This document shows, piece by piece, positions 11,785-25,941 of a stretch of 64,000 nt of DNA; the first letter of the stretch is position 1; the number at the start of each line of letters is the position of its first letter. Source of the stretch: Bilabrum cf. latius (Eukaryota); contig OZ237736.1 of the NCBI GenBank assembly GCA_965178125.1, positions 1,116,001 through 1,180,000 of the forward strand. Direction: 5' to 3'. Under the pieces are notes generated by a model. That model saw only the letters and a program-made list of their open reading frames with translations, was not told where the DNA came from and searched no databases. The translations under genes and the position numbers were made by a program.

Positions 11785-14700
11785 TCATCGTTGAGTGTCG
11801 TTGCTGATTGCAACGACTGCCACAGCTTGTGGCCCACTGTGGCTGATCGAGACTGCAATGCTGCTCGCTGCGCCCAGCCTGAGGCCAGCCGATGTTGCAG
11901 CTTCTGCGAACGCACCAGATAGGCGGATTGTGGGCGGGCCTCCGCCTTTAGGTACGGATACTTCCGCGTCTAGCAAGGGAGCACCCGCCCCTGAGGACTG
12001 CACACGACCGGCAGTTGCGCTGCTCACAGCCTTGAACGTAGCCTCCTTGGCAGCCCACCGAGCTGCGAGGCTTGCCGCGGGGTCCGCTGCATGCCTACAA
12101 TACTCGAGCTCGGCTCGCGTGAAGTTTCTCTGCAGCAGGGGAGGCAGTAGCGCAACCTCAGCTCCTGCCGATAGCTCTGCTGCACCCTCAGCAAACGCAG
12201 ACGTCTCCTGCACGTCCACTCCAACCGATACCTTTGAGTCGCCTAAACCAGACGCTGACAGGCGTGCCACTGCATCAGCAGCGCTCTTCTAAGCGACTTG
12301 CGTCGACAGGGACACGTCCTCGCCCGGTCGACCACGCCGCATGTGGGGCCCACGGGATGGCTCCACAGCGAAGGCTCCGCTGACGCCGTCTTGGATGGCC
12401 CTCGCTTCCGGATCCAGGTACACGCTGGGCTCGTCCGACTTGGAGAATGGCGGGTCGGTCTTCACGTTGAGCAGCGGCCGCTTCCCCGTCAGGACGTTTT
12501 GATAGTATCGGTACGCCGCCCTTTCGCGCTCGTCCCTACGAGTCTCGTACTTCTACCGATCGGCATCCGGCAGTGCCGCCAGCAGGATGCTCGGGTGCAC
12601 AAGTACGATCTCGCCACCGGCCTGGCCAAATCCAAAGCTCTTCAGCAGGGCAGCTGGCACCGCCACCCCACCCGCTCTTTCGGCCAACACGAGCGAACGG
12701 TTGGGGTATGCGAGGTGCCAGAATTTCTGCAGCTTCGGTTCGATGTCATCGGCATTGCGATTGCCAGGTACAACCCCAGTGAGCATGGACTGCATCAGGC
12801 CATTGAGCATCCACGCAGCTGCGGAGCCCTTGGGGTGTCCAGTGAGGTATTTCTGGGCCACTACAAGCAGCGGATTGCCAGGTGACCGCCCCAGATGCAT
12901 CATTTGCCGCTGGGTGACCTCGCTCTCGTTCACATCGTTCGCCTTGGTCCCAGTGCCGTGGAAGCTTGCGACGGCAAGGTCATCAATTCCGAGCCCAAAG
13001 ACTCCAAGAGCGCCGCGAATAGGAGCGATTTCCGACCTCCCCTTCCAGAATTCCTGCATCCACCGGCGCTTGGCGGACGCAGCCTTCCTCCCGGCTTCGT
13101 CATCAACGAGTCGCAGCCTCTCCTCACGCCACTGGGTCATCGCACCATTCGAATGGCTTGCTGCACCAGCAGCGCCGCACTCCTCGTTGATTTCACCCGT
13201 CTCCTCGAGTCTCCAAGCCTCAATCTGACGCAGCTCACGGTCTAGCTTTCTCCGACGGTACGCTGGATCTACGTCCATCGCAATCATAGTAACCGGCTGC
13301 GCACTCCGAGACCACGGTGCCATCCCCACTGTGGATGCCCCCTGCGATATGACGCTAGCCGAGTCGGCGTGCTTGCGCTCAAGACTGGCGCGAGACTCGT
13401 CGCCCTCCGACACCTTGCGACCGCTGCCACCCGCTGGGGCCGGTGTGGCCTGCCCACCTGCCCCAGAGGCCGGGAGCGTGGGCGGTGGGACAGCTCGGTG
13501 GCTAGCTGAAGCCGCCCCACTCGGTGCATCTCTTGGAGACATCGTGGGAGAAGGAGGTTCACTACTAGAGACTGCCTGCAACCTTTTCTCCCTGGCGGTG
13601 GTAAGGACTCCCTGCCCGGGGGCTGGCACGGAACGGCCGGCCTTGTCCGAGGCCGTGCTAGTCAAGGCAATCACGCCGTAGATCGGGGCTCCGATATCGA
13701 TGGCAAGCCGCGCCGACATCAGGACCTGCACACCAGAGCCCTGCGACTCCATGAATCCGCCCCGGGTGGTTGTCATCGGCCTCGACATGTCGGCTGGCTC
13801 TCGGCCCTGCTTGGATTCCTTCTCCGCTGAGCTGGTCGCCTTCATTTGCGCGAATTCGTAGGAGCTCTCCTCTGCAAAGTCATCAACGCCACCAGCCACC
13901 ACGACTCGCGCCTTGCCCGACTGGATGGTTTCAACGGCGATGTCTACGCTCGCTGCAGCGGTCGCACATGCTCCGACTGGTGTCTTGATAGGACCAGACG
14001 AGGACAGCAGCAGCATGTTGACCCATGCCGCGACAGTATTGATGAAAGTCTCCTAAAGCACGTCTGCCGGCGCCTCCTCCTCCTCGCGCCTGGTTCTGAA
14101 GATGACGCGCAGGCTCTGAAGCCCACCGACACCGCTCCCGATCGTGTTGCCAACCTCACTCACGTGCACGTAGCGGTAGAGCTCGTAAGGGTCGGTGATA
14201 CCGCTGGAGATGAGCGCATCTGCCGCAGCCACGAGCGTGAACAACGTCACTCGGTCGATCCTTGACGCAAGTTCCGCTGGGACACCGAACCGAGTTGCGT
14301 CCCATCCCGTGGGCACCTGGCCGGCGACCCAACGATCAAACCTGAGCGCGCGCGGAAGGCCAAGTACGGCTCCCTTGCGAAGACGGACCTGCCAAGGTCC
14401 CTCTGGACACTCGGGATCCGACGGTCGAGCGTCGGCCAGCGGGACCTTGTCCTAGTCCTCGCCCGCATCCACGGCGTCGTTCCTGGCCCTCTCCCTGAAC
14501 AGCATGGCCTCCTCTTCGGATGCAACGTCCACCCACGGCATGTCGCGATCCAGGGAAATGAAACGAAGGAACGTGCGGCCAGTCTTGTGCGGTTCAAAGC
14601 CGTCGCAGACGGCGGGTTCGATCAGCCTGCACCCTGCATGGCGCAGCATGTCCTCTTCGAACTTTGCCTTCACCTCCGTGTCGTCGACGGGCATTCCAGT

Positions 14701-17700
14701 CGACGCGTTGACCCAGCCTTGGTAATTAAGCTCTTCTGCCTTCGAGCGCGCGACAGCCGGGGCCAGGGGGCCGTTGTGGTACTTGATCCTTCCAGTGGCC
14801 CACGCCAGCTCGATACAGCCCTCGATCGAGAGCTCGCCAGTTGACTCGATCTCCCACCTCAGCCGAGAGGAACCGAAAGGACCGACCTCGCCAAACCCGG
14901 TGCACACCACAATGGAATCGAGGTCAAGAGAACCGACGATCGGCCGCAGGCCGAATCGGTCCCTAATTGCTAGGACACCAGCCGCCGATGGGAGCGCAGG
15001 GAAATCAACGCCTGATGAATTCGCCCTTGGTGCACCGTGGGATGCCACAGCTCCAGTTGAGCTCACATCTCCCTCCAACGCCCGTCTTGGCGCATCCTTT
15101 GCTGCCATCATGCTTGCCCTGCTCTGTATCGATTTACGCAGGTCTGCCACGAGCTCCTTTAGGTTAGGCACCTTGTCAAACCCACCGGAAAAATCTCCAA
15201 TGATAGGCGATTCGCCGGCGACACGCACCATGGCGGGGTGCATCAGCCCGACGAGCAAAGCGGCCATTTCAGGCGTGCTGAATGTTCGCAGACCTGCCTC
15301 CTCCACCCCCTCTGCGACGATGTCATTCGCGCTCATCAGGCCAGTTCCCCTGGTCCAGCCGATGATGGCACCCGCAACCGAGATGTACTCCTGCCATCCC
15401 TCGGAGCCCCACTTGTTCAGGAGACTCTCCAGGCCGAGTTTGCTCTCAGCGTAGAGGCCATCGCCACCGAACAATCCATGGTTAGGAGACATGGGCAGCA
15501 GCGCAAGGGCGGGTCGCGTGGTCACCCCGCGGGCCTCTTTCGCCTTCTTGACCTCGCCGATCAGCCGCAGCACGTTTGTGAGCATAATGCGATGTGCAAG
15601 CTCACTCCTGTCGTCAATCTTGTCCATGTTGCGCCCGTTCTCACTAATGGCGGCAAAAGGGACCAAGAAATCAACGTCGCCGAGTTTCTCGAACGCGAAG
15701 CGCACGAGGTCCCGCACGTCCTGCTGGGAGCCCTGGTTGAACGGTACAACTGTAAGCGATGAGCCCTTGCTGCCATACCTCTCAAACATCCCGCGGAAGA
15801 GACGCACTGAACCGGCTGAAAAGGAGGACGTAGTGGCGATTATGTTGGCCCCTCCCGCTAGGAGCGCCTTGAGCAGTTCGGCACCAATGGAACCGCGCCC
15901 GCAGCCGGTAACGATGGCACATTTGCCGGCAAAGCTCACACCGTCGGTTGCCATTCCTCGCAGGCAATCAACGAACGACACCGTTGACCGCGCGTGAATT
16001 GGCCGACTTTGCACGCTACCTAGGCGCACTGACACCATAGGCTCCCTGCGAGTAGGTTTGTCCTCCTGGCTAGCAGCGAAATCTTCGCTAATTTCGTTCA
16101 CGAACGAGAGGGCGTTTGCACCAGACTGCCTGGGCTCCAGCTTGACGTTAATTTTTCCAGAACCGTCGATTTCAACTTTTGGAATATCTGGGACTAGGCT
16201 AACTCGCAGGATTGGGGGCAGGTGCAGAGATTCCGAGATCGCATCTGCTGTGCCGGCAGACAGCACGCCTCGAGGGGTCGACACAGTGGCATCGTCTGTG
16301 GGGCTCCACGGACAGCTTCGAGCTACCGCATCCGAGAGAGACTCGGGGCTCTGTTCCAGGTACCTCGCGACGGTCACCAGTTGCTTGGTTGCACGGTTGC
16401 GAAGGCTCTGCATCGCCTCGTCGCTCAGACGCACTGCGCCTGAGTTGTCTTGTGCCACGCTGTTCTTGGCCTCATGGAAGGCTTCAATCAGATCAACGAT
16501 GCACCAGTTCCACCAAGAGCGGTATTCTCTTGCCTTGAGAGCATCGAACTTGGGCTGGATCCCCTGGAGGTATGTCTCTCCATGTTCCTACAGATGCTGG
16601 TCGAGCCTTGACTCGGCCGTCCTGAGCTCGGTGAACGCGCGCTCGAGCCTACGATCCGTTTGCATGTCGTCCTTCTGCAGAAATATCGAAATGGCCTCTG
16701 CCTACTGTTCTAGCATGCCTTGAAGCTGCTGCGATGCGGCGCCTGTCGCACCTCCAGCGCCTGCACCACTACCAAGGGCAGCGATCAAGGCAGCCGCGTT
16801 CATGCCCGCACCAGCCACGCCCGAGCCGCCTCCTCCCCCACCGCCGCCTCCACGCAGAGTCACACCAAATGCAGACTCGGAGCCACTCACCCCATCTTCC
16901 AGCCATTTCTTTGCAGCCGACGCATCGCCAAAACGACCCTTCGGCGCCTGGCATGACGCATACAGCAGCACCTTCTCCACCGACCCCGTCCCGAGGCCCA
17001 GCGACTGCAGGTGACCGCGGGCTGCACTAGCTCCAAAGCCACCAGGCAGCTTCGACGACAAAACACGGCTCACAATCTTGCCTGCAGACTTGCCCGGCGC
17101 TTGGTAGCCAGGACTGGCGGCGGCAGCCGCAGCGGCTAGATCCTGCAGCGGCTTGTCCTCACCGCCCTCCAGAGCCTTGGATGCAGCAGGCCCGAACTCT
17201 GCCTCCAGCTCACCGACGATCTCGTTCTGCAGAGCGGACTGTCCGCCGCAGAGAGCCTTGAGGGTGTCGGATGGCTTGATGTCAGCCAAGGACTTCGCCC
17301 CGGTCTTGACCGCGACGATGGCCCTGATGGCATCGAGCGCAGTGGGAGGGGAGTCAGCGGCAGCGGAACCACCGGCACTTGGACCCCCAGCACCCGATGC
17401 CGCGCCAGATCCCAGGGCAGCCAGCAACGCTGCCAGACCTGCTGCTCCACCGGCACCCGAGCCGCCCCCTCCTCCACCGCCGCCTCCACGCAGAGTCACA
17501 CCGAATGTAGACTCGGAACCACTCACCCCATCTTCCAGCCATTGCTTTGCAGCCGACGCATCGCCAAAACGACCCTTCGGCGCCTGGCATGACGCATACA
17601 GCAGCACCTTCTCCACCGACCCCGTCCCGAGGCCCAGCGACTGCAGGTGACCGCGGGCTGCACTAGCTCCAAAGCCACCAGGCAGCTTCGATGACAAAAC

Positions 17701-20700
17701 ACGGCTCACAATCTTGCCTGCAGACTTGCCCGGCGCTTGGTAGCCAGGACTGGCGGCGGCAGCCGCAGCGGCTAGATCCTGCAGCGGCTTGTCCTCACCG
17801 CCCTCCAGAGCCTTGGATGCAGCAGGCCCGAACTCTGCCTCCAGCTCACCGACGATCTCGTTCTGCAGAGCGGACTGTCCGCCGCAGAGAGCCTTGAGGG
17901 TGTCGGATGGCTTGATGTCAGCCAGGGACTTCGCCCCGGTCTTGACCGCGACGATGGCCCTGATGGCATCGAGAGCAGTGGGAGGGGAGTCAGCGGCAGG
18001 CGGTCCACCAGGTGCTGCAACCGGAGCGTTTGTTGGAGCAGAGACCGGAGGTGCCGGTGGTACCACAACCGGCCGAGCTTGCGATACTGCCGCTACCTTG
18101 CTTTCGCCTTGGGATTCTGTTGATGGTGCTTCCGCCTTCTCAGGCAGGCCGCCAGCTTCAGCCTCCATCGCCGCTTGGGCTGCCTCGGCTGATTCCTTTG
18201 CCGTACTGCCAGCCTGAGGCAAGGAGAAAAAGACCTTGTCCGAGTCTTTGTCAATGTACAGCAGCTCACGGGCACCGTCCCCATACTTTCCAGTCTGCAA
18301 CGTGCGCATAGCCATGCGAGTCAAGGTCACGGCCGGCCCGATCTCAAGCATCCTTTGAACGCCCGAGGTGAAGAAGACGTGTTGCGTGGCGATCCACTGC
18401 ACGGGGCTTGCAAACTGGTACGCCAGTAGCTCAATCACGAGATCTCTAGCAATGCTTGCCCTGTCACTGCGCACAGCTGCAGCGAACTCACCAGGCCCCA
18501 GCGCCACCAGCTACTTGCATCTTTCGCTGCTAGACTTGTCGGCCACAGCTTTGCAGAAATCGAAGGTTGTCTCGAACGGCATTGCTACGAGATTTGGCAC
18601 GTAGTTGTGGTCCAGTCTGCGCAGCACTGCCCTGACCTGGTCCTTGTGAATGCTGCGCTGCAGCACTTTCCTGAATGAGGGCACGCCGCCTAGCAAGAAC
18701 CTAGAGTGGAACGGCACGTCCACACCCGGCAGTGGGATGGTCGCCACGCCTCTCTCGAGGGCAGGGTGCTCCCCAGCCGCGGCAGCTTCCGCAAACACTC
18801 CACGCACCTACGCGATGCAGTTCTTCACGACGGTCGGCGGGTCTTTGGTGGTGCTTGGCTCGGCCTTGAACGTGTTCAACACTGCAGTCAGTACGGCCAG
18901 GGCCTCCAAGTGACCGGTCACCACGTACTGCCAGTCGATCACGTTGTAGTTCACGAGCTGGAGCAGCTATCCTGTCGCAGCTTGGATGCCAGACACGAGC
19001 TGGTGCAGGTGGTCCTCGGAGAACATCGGCGACACCCTCTAAGGGTTGCAAGCCATCATGCCGAAGTCACTCCTCCCAAGCTCGTCACGAGGGACGGCGT
19101 TTTGCATGACCAGCCCACGCAGGAACACCAAGTGGCACAAATCATCAACGTTGAGCACCTTGGTAGCGGCAGACAGGCTTGCATACTCGCCCAGAGAATG
19201 TCCTGCCATGAAGAACCGCTTCGGCACCACGCCCTTGCTCCTTGCGTCCTCGAACGCAGCCTTCTCTAGCAGCACCAGAGCCACCTGGGTGAACTAGGTT
19301 GCGAAGAGCAAGCCGCGAGGATGCATGAACTGGTAGCTCTCGGTGTCTTCTCCGATTGATGGAAGCAGGGGCATCTCCTCGCTCGACCCGCTCGGCTGGA
19401 AGCGCAGCTGCCGGTAATTCTCTCGGATGGCTGCTCCGCGCTTGCCACCAAAGTATATCCTCAGCTCTTTCGGATTCTCTCGGACGATCTTGAGGATGCT
19501 GAAGCCAAACTTCTGTTGAAGCACGCGCTCCGCATGGTCCCACGTTTTCCTCGCGGCTTCCGACCTGTCGTAGAGATCCATGCCCATGCCAGGGGCTGCG
19601 TAACCTTGGCCCGTAAACACGATGGCGGTGCGAGGCTGCACAATTTGTGCCGTTCCTTTCAGTACTAGCCTTGCTGAACGGGAGCTGCTCGCCGCGTACG
19701 CCTCGACCTGCACCACTTTGGCGCCGCCGCTCATCGCTACGTGGGACAGCTGCGTGGTCACTTGCTCTCCAGGCAGCACCATGCCCACAAAGTCGGCCTC
19801 GAAGGATCGAAGGAGCTTGGGGTTGCCCTTTAGCAACTTGTGCACGACCACTTTGAGGCAGTTTCCGTAGGTCCACATGCCGTGGGTGATAGGACCAGGC
19901 AGCTGCGCTAGCACAGCAAACCCCCTGTTGCGGTGGATGGGGTTCAGGTCCTGGCTCGCCAACGCATACTCAGTGTTGTCCAATGGTGCTTGGGCCACAT
20001 CTGGCTCTGCCAGCAGTGTGTACCCAGATGAAAGTGGCTACTGCTCAGGGTGCTTCGTCGCGACACTTGACAGGAAGCTGTCAAGTGATGCCAGCTGTTC
20101 GGAAGACTCTGCCCTCACGGACCCGACTAGCCGAAGTTCTGAAGCATCTGGCAGCTACCCCTCTGATTCTAGCGCGGATTGTTCATCAAATTTGCAATCG
20201 TCGCTGGCTTGCAGCGCCTCGGGAGGGCTGGGTAGTAGACCGGTGTCAATCTCACAGTGACCGATCGAAGGGATCTCCCTGGCACTGCCGCACACAGTCA
20301 TCGCGGGCGAGCCATCAGATCCGACCGACCTTGCCGTCCACAGACGCAGCAAGATTACCGAGCCTGCCTGAAGCTCTTGCTCTGCTCCACCGGCGCCGCT
20401 TGACGCAGCCAGCTGCAGCCACGGCATGGAACGCAACCTGCCCACGTCGCGGTCAGTTGACAGCTTCACCGTGTATTGCTCGGCCTTCCGCTCGTAAAAG
20501 ACGCCGTGCTTCTGGCTCGCGGCCGTGGCGTGCTTGGCGGAGGTATCCCGAACGAGGAACTTGGACGTCATTCGAACCCAAGGAGTCTCATCGTCCTTTG
20601 ACAGCACCCCTTCGACTTGGATCAGCAAGCCCCGCACATCTCTGATCATGCGAGTAAGAGCTAGGCGAGAGCAGACTAGATCGCCTTCAACCACTTCGGC

Positions 20701-23700
20701 TACATCTGATGGCTCATCAAAGCAGGATTCTACTTTGTGCGAGAGATGGACGAGGTCCATGAGATTTCCATTGACGTGCTTGGCGAGCAGCGGGGCCACA
20801 AGAGCGCCCCATGATGCCACAATGGAGAATCCAACAGGCACTCGCAGTTTTGCCCTACCAGTGCCGTCAGATGGCGCCTCTCCCGATCTGGGAGACACGG
20901 CGCCTAGCCTCGGTGACGGTGGCAGGCCGGTCGTGCTGTCTTCAACGGAAAACACTGGCATGCGAATCGCTGCCGCGTACTGCTCGATCTTGGACCTCGT
21001 GACTTCAAAGCTGTGCACGTGAGTCTCGACTGCAGGGATCACTGCGCCGGCTGCCTCGTCAGCGACAACTGAGCGGCCGCCCGACGATGCGCCCAGGTCA
21101 GATCCCTCCTCGTCATCACCCCAAAGACGCGAGTAGAACTGCCGGACGCGCTCGTGCATGGAAGAAATCTTGACCCCATCCGCTCCTGGTGCTACGCCAC
21201 CCTCGGGCAGCTGCAGCAGGACGCACGATGCTCGTGCAGGATCAAAGTAGAAGTACAGGTCCAGGTTCGTCAGTTGCTCTCCGACCCGATCGAATATCTG
21301 CACAATGATCGTAGACGCTCCCGGGGAGAGATCGAGGGCAGCACGAGCCCCGTCCACGACGCCTTCCTGGTATCGCATCGAGACGATCACCTCGGAACCG
21401 CCCCCATCGCGTCCTTTATTGGCGCCTTCGAGCACATCGAGCCCGACAACGGCGGAGCCCCCTGCGGAAGCAGCCCCACCTGCTTGCGCGGTGACAGCGA
21501 CCACCTTGAGGTCGTCATATTTGGCGAACAGGTGTGGCAGCAGGTTTCGTTTCCACGTCGTCCCGCTGGCGATGTCGGTCGAGGCCAGTGCAGCCACAAT
21601 CCATGCTGGCGGCTTCCGCGTTCCAACTGCATGGCAAGCGCCGCGTGCGGCAAGAAGGGCCTTCGACCGAAGGTTCCAGTCTGGGCCGAGGAGCGCGGCT
21701 TCCTCAGGGTCCTCCGGTGAGGCATCTAGAGCCGCACCAGCGACTCGACCAGGCAGCAGCTCCGTCAAAGTGTCCGTGATGGGGACGTTCTCGGCGTTCC
21801 CCTCATACTGCTGCATCAGCAACGTCTTAGCGACTCCATCATGAATTCCCCCGAGAATGTCTGCGGCTGGCTCCTCCTTGTTCGAGTAACCGACCGACAC
21901 AGGTCCCTGCAAGATACAGACCCTTCCTGCATCTCGGCCAGGGACCGCCGCCAGGTCCTCGGAGTACCACAGCGAGTCCTTCTTGAAGTAGAACTGCAGC
22001 GAGTCGCCATCGATGCACGGTACAAAAGGGACCGGTTTCCCTCCGGAGCGACACATGCTGTAGAAGTAGTCCACGTCGTCCCCAGTGAGCAAGTGACTCT
22101 ACGAGCGCGGAATGGCACTTGCAACATGCTCCACAACTTGGTGAGGCGACATGGATATATCCTTGTCCATTCGGTCTGATTGGAGCTGCCTCAGAAGTTC
22201 GGCCGCGTCGCTCTCGTTCGTCCCCGCAGGTGCCGCTGCAGAACTTGACCCCAGCCCCAGAGACGAGATTGGACCAGCAGCAGCGGCTGCCTACCGCACA
22301 GGACCACCTTGAGCGGAAGCCTCGCCGGCGAGTCGCTCTGCAGTACGGAGCAGCAGCTTCTTGAATCGAATTTTGTACGTCGGATCCAGCCAGCGCCCTG
22401 ACTCGGTCGAGTCCTCATGGGGAGCGTCCGGGTGCTCGGCGTCGGGTAGCACAAAGCACAGACTGACGAACCGCTGAAGAACTTCGTGGTAGGTCATTTC
22501 CTCGACGTCGCACACGCTGCCATCTTCATGCCGTCCAAAGTACACCTTCTGGAAGTCGTTATTTAGACGCCCAATGATCTCCTGCTTGGCAGCCTGGACC
22601 GCGGGCCCGCGCTCAGCGGGTGGAAGGGAGAAGAAGCGACGATCCATCTCCCGCCACAGCATCATGCCACGGTTCGCAATCTTGTGAATCGGTTCCCCCA
22701 GCTCCGATCGCACCGTGAGCACTCCGCCGGCAACGCCATCATAGCTCTGCTCCCATTGCTTCTCGTCAGAGCGTCTGACACCCGGGGTGTCCACGAGCAG
22801 TTTCTTGACTTCGGGCGCAGTGGCTGCCTCCGCGGCGACCATCATGCGCGAGCCCAGCAGAACCGCGTCGAAGGGCATCTTGGCTGCAAAGTAGGGGCTC
22901 TTCATGCTCCACTCCCCGGTGATGTACGGTAGCGCACTCTCAGCGTCACCGATCCCAGAGCCGGCCACAAGAACGAGGTTCGGGCAGGCGCGCATCTCTC
23001 CGTAGGTGGCCATCAGCGGCTGGTGCATGTCTTCGAACGAGTGATGACCGCCGGCTCGGCCCCCAGTCCACTGCAGGACGACTGGCATATAAGGGCAGGC
23101 CTTGGCAATCTCAAGCGTGCGTCGAATGGCCTGCAGGCTGCCAGGCTTGAATGCCACGAAGCGCAACCCGGCTTGCGCGCAAGCGGCCAGTATCTCCTTG
23201 GCCTTTCCCGCAGTTGGAACGCCGGCACCAATCGTCATGCCATCAATGGGCCAACCGGCCTTACGCAGCTCCAGCATGAGGGGGAACTGGAAGGCCCACT
23301 GCCTCGGGTTCAGGTACAGCAGGTTCAGGCCGATGGCGTCCCCTGGACGCAGTGCATCGATGGCCTTCTGCATCCTCGCCTTGAAAATGCCCGGGCGAGG
23401 GAGACCTCCGGCTGCCAGCTCTGCGTGATAGCCTGCAACCGTGCTGGCCGCGACGAGCTGCGTGCCGTAGAACGACGTGCATGGTGTCATGCCCGCAACC
23501 ATCACCGGGGGTCGACCCAGCAGGTCAGTGTACCTTGTCCGCACGAAAATCTTTCCGTCAGAAGAGCGGCGCACGAGGGTTGGAGAATGGTCGCGGGCCC
23601 AGCAGCAGGCGCGGAGCACTCGTTTGCACGCTGGTACCTGCTCGTGGCACACCATGTCTCCCACCGTGGGGAACACCTCGAGCGGATTCGCGCTGTTTAA

Positions 23701-25941
23701 GCACCCTGATGCACTGCCCGCACCGCCATCTTCCGCAGGGCTTTCTAGCGCGAGTCCAGCAGGCACGATATCGATCCCGCTGCAACGGACCAGCGTGATT
23801 CCATGCCCGTGGCACAGTCGAGCCGAGAGCCCAACGGCACCGGATGCGCCCCCTGGGCCGAAATCAAGCAGCAAAGGGTCCTCTCTCGAGTCGTGCGAGG
23901 GGCCTGCAGCAGGGCTCTTCTCTGCACCGGCCCGTCCTTCGTACATGGCCTGCAGGCACAGTACAGACGCCTGTTTCAGTGCCCTGGGCCAGTCCACATG
24001 CTTGCAGCACTGGAGCTCGACCAGGTGCCGCAGCAGCCCACTACTGGACTCCGCATCAGCCGCCCCTGCCCCGCTGCTCGCTGCTGCGCCCAGTCCTGTC
24101 GAGTTGGGAACGCCGTCCCTGAGATCGCCACCATTCTCGGTAGACAAGACTGGAACCTGGAGGCCATCCGATGTGAAGCCGAGTCCGATCTCCACGGCAT
24201 CTGCCATGATCGGCGCGATGGCTGCCTCCAGTACCTTTGTATGGAAGGGCGCGGTGACGCTCAGGAAGCGAGTGCGCACCTGCGGCTTTCGCTTGGAGTG
24301 AGGAACCCTCGACTGGTCCTCTCCAGGGTCAGCCCTTGTCTTCTCGAGGGTTTTCTTCAGGATGTCGAGGGCTTGCGGTGCCCCCGCCACAACGCACGCG
24401 CCCCGGTCGTTGACGAGCGCGATCTCCATCGTCTCTCTGAGCAGGGCACTGGCCTCTGCTTCTTCCGTGAGGGGAAATGGCTGCGACTCGCGCTTGGACA
24501 CGCGGTCTGCCTGTAGCTTCTTCCTGACTCTGTCCAGCTGTCTGATGGCGACCGCGGGCGGCAGGCCGGTGATGGACAGCATGGAGGAGGCCCCTTGGCT
24601 GGGCGACACGTCGCCGGAGTCGGAAGGGAGCTGTAGCGAGCTGGTGCTGCCCGCCAATGCCTTGGAGGTCTGAGCAGCTCCTTGTCCTGCGGCCGTGCCG
24701 ACGAGGGCGGGGCGCAGGTGCTGCGTGCCTGGGCCGAGCCCGATGCGGGTCTGGGCCGTCTGCTGGGAGCGCATCCCGATGGACATGAGGAGCCGAACGA
24801 ACTTGGGCGCCTACTCCAGCAGCTCGTCCGTGCTCTTGCAGGTTGCGAGTAGGGCTGCGGTCATGATTCCCTGGCTGTGGCCCACGCACGCGGCCGTCTC
24901 TCGAATGACTGCGTCATGGTTCGCTCCCAGCATGTCAAGGGTTGCCGCATAGTTGGCCAGCTGCACGAGTCCCACGAGCGGGTACGACACGGGCGCGCTG
25001 ACCAGGTACGACTTCGGCGGTACGAATCCTTCCGAACCATCAATCCTGCGGCATGATTTGTTTGAGGATCGGCATATAGGTAACATGGGCAAGGGTGGGA
25101 TGCCGGCAGGCAGACGAGAGTTTTCAAACAACATGACCAAACCACGCAATCAGAATGTCGCCGCTCACCACCCAGAAACGTTCAGCCCAAGCGGATAGTA
25201 GCCAATGGAGGCAACTCTTGGCTTCTGGACCTCTTCACAGAGCGCAGCCGAGCACGCGTCCACGAGGGCCCTGGCGGTTGGGAAAGCGTAGCACGCTTGC
25301 ACCTCCGCAAGGCCGTGCCTGCCCTGCCCACTAAAGTGCAGGAGTAGTCCCCCGCCCGAAATCAAAGAGCACGCTTCTTTTTCATTGAACTTTTTGCCTG
25401 GTAGGGCGCACAGGCGTAGCCACTCCTTGGCAGAGTCTGCGCCTTGCAAGCCCGGCACTTTCGTGAGCAGTTTGGCGCACATTCCACCCTACCCAGACGC
25501 CTCGGAAGCGGCCGTAGACACCTGCAAAACGTAAACAACAAAGCTAGGATGTGATCTATGCGAACTGGACTGTGGTCGTGTTCGGTGTTGAACAGCCTTG
25601 GGTGGAGGCCCGAATGGGGCAACAAGGCCGGGCGAGGGGCAGACAGCAGGACATAGCAAATCGGACAGGTTTACAAGATTCTAATGAAGGATAATACGAT
25701 CAGGGCCAAACAGAATCGTGTGTCTTACCGCAGATATTGCGCTTCGAGCAGTCTCTCCATCGGATCCCGCCGCATCTTCTCCTAGTTTACGGCATACCTC
25801 GAGTGCAACAATCTCAATTCCCTCTGACTTGGTTTTTAATCCATCACTTAATTGTTGGAGCCTACGCTGTACCGCCACGCTAGGACAAGGAACCTGCAGG
25901 ACAGCCCTTCCAGACTTATCTTGCAGGGCAACAGAGTGCAT
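11785..25941 (-). CDS. Single-polypeptide fungal-type (type I) fatty acid synthase, AT-ER-DH-MPT-ACP-ACP-KR-KS-PPT, ~4,600 aa; introns 25046-25168 and 25522-25728; 5' end uncertain
   Basis: One frame with at least 17 in-frame TAGs and no TAA/TGA until TGA 11785-11787. Active sites: AT GHSQG; ER GGRAGGHHS; DH DLNPIH/HGMW; MPT GHSLGEY; two ACP GGQSALQNE; KR TGCGRGSIG/YAESK; KS GACAT/HGTGT/GHPKG; PPT GVDV/RWAAKEA. ATG at 25939-25941 used as start. A branch-site/acceptor-like signal at 25998-26020 hints at a further upstream exon. Confidence 0.93.
16820..17999. repeat. Tandem near-identical duplication of the FAS ACP domain (copies ~16820-17363 and ~17456-17999, offset 636 bp)
   Basis: Direct comparison by eye shows two ~544 bp copies differing at only about ten positions. 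Confidence 0.95.

Noticed and set aside
20155-24786. FAS pieces as separate genes or a PKS cluster; intron at 22093-22290
   Set aside because: All pieces share one frame linked by TAGs, and the domain order is that of fungal FAS. 22093-22290 is open apart from TAG, so no intron is required.
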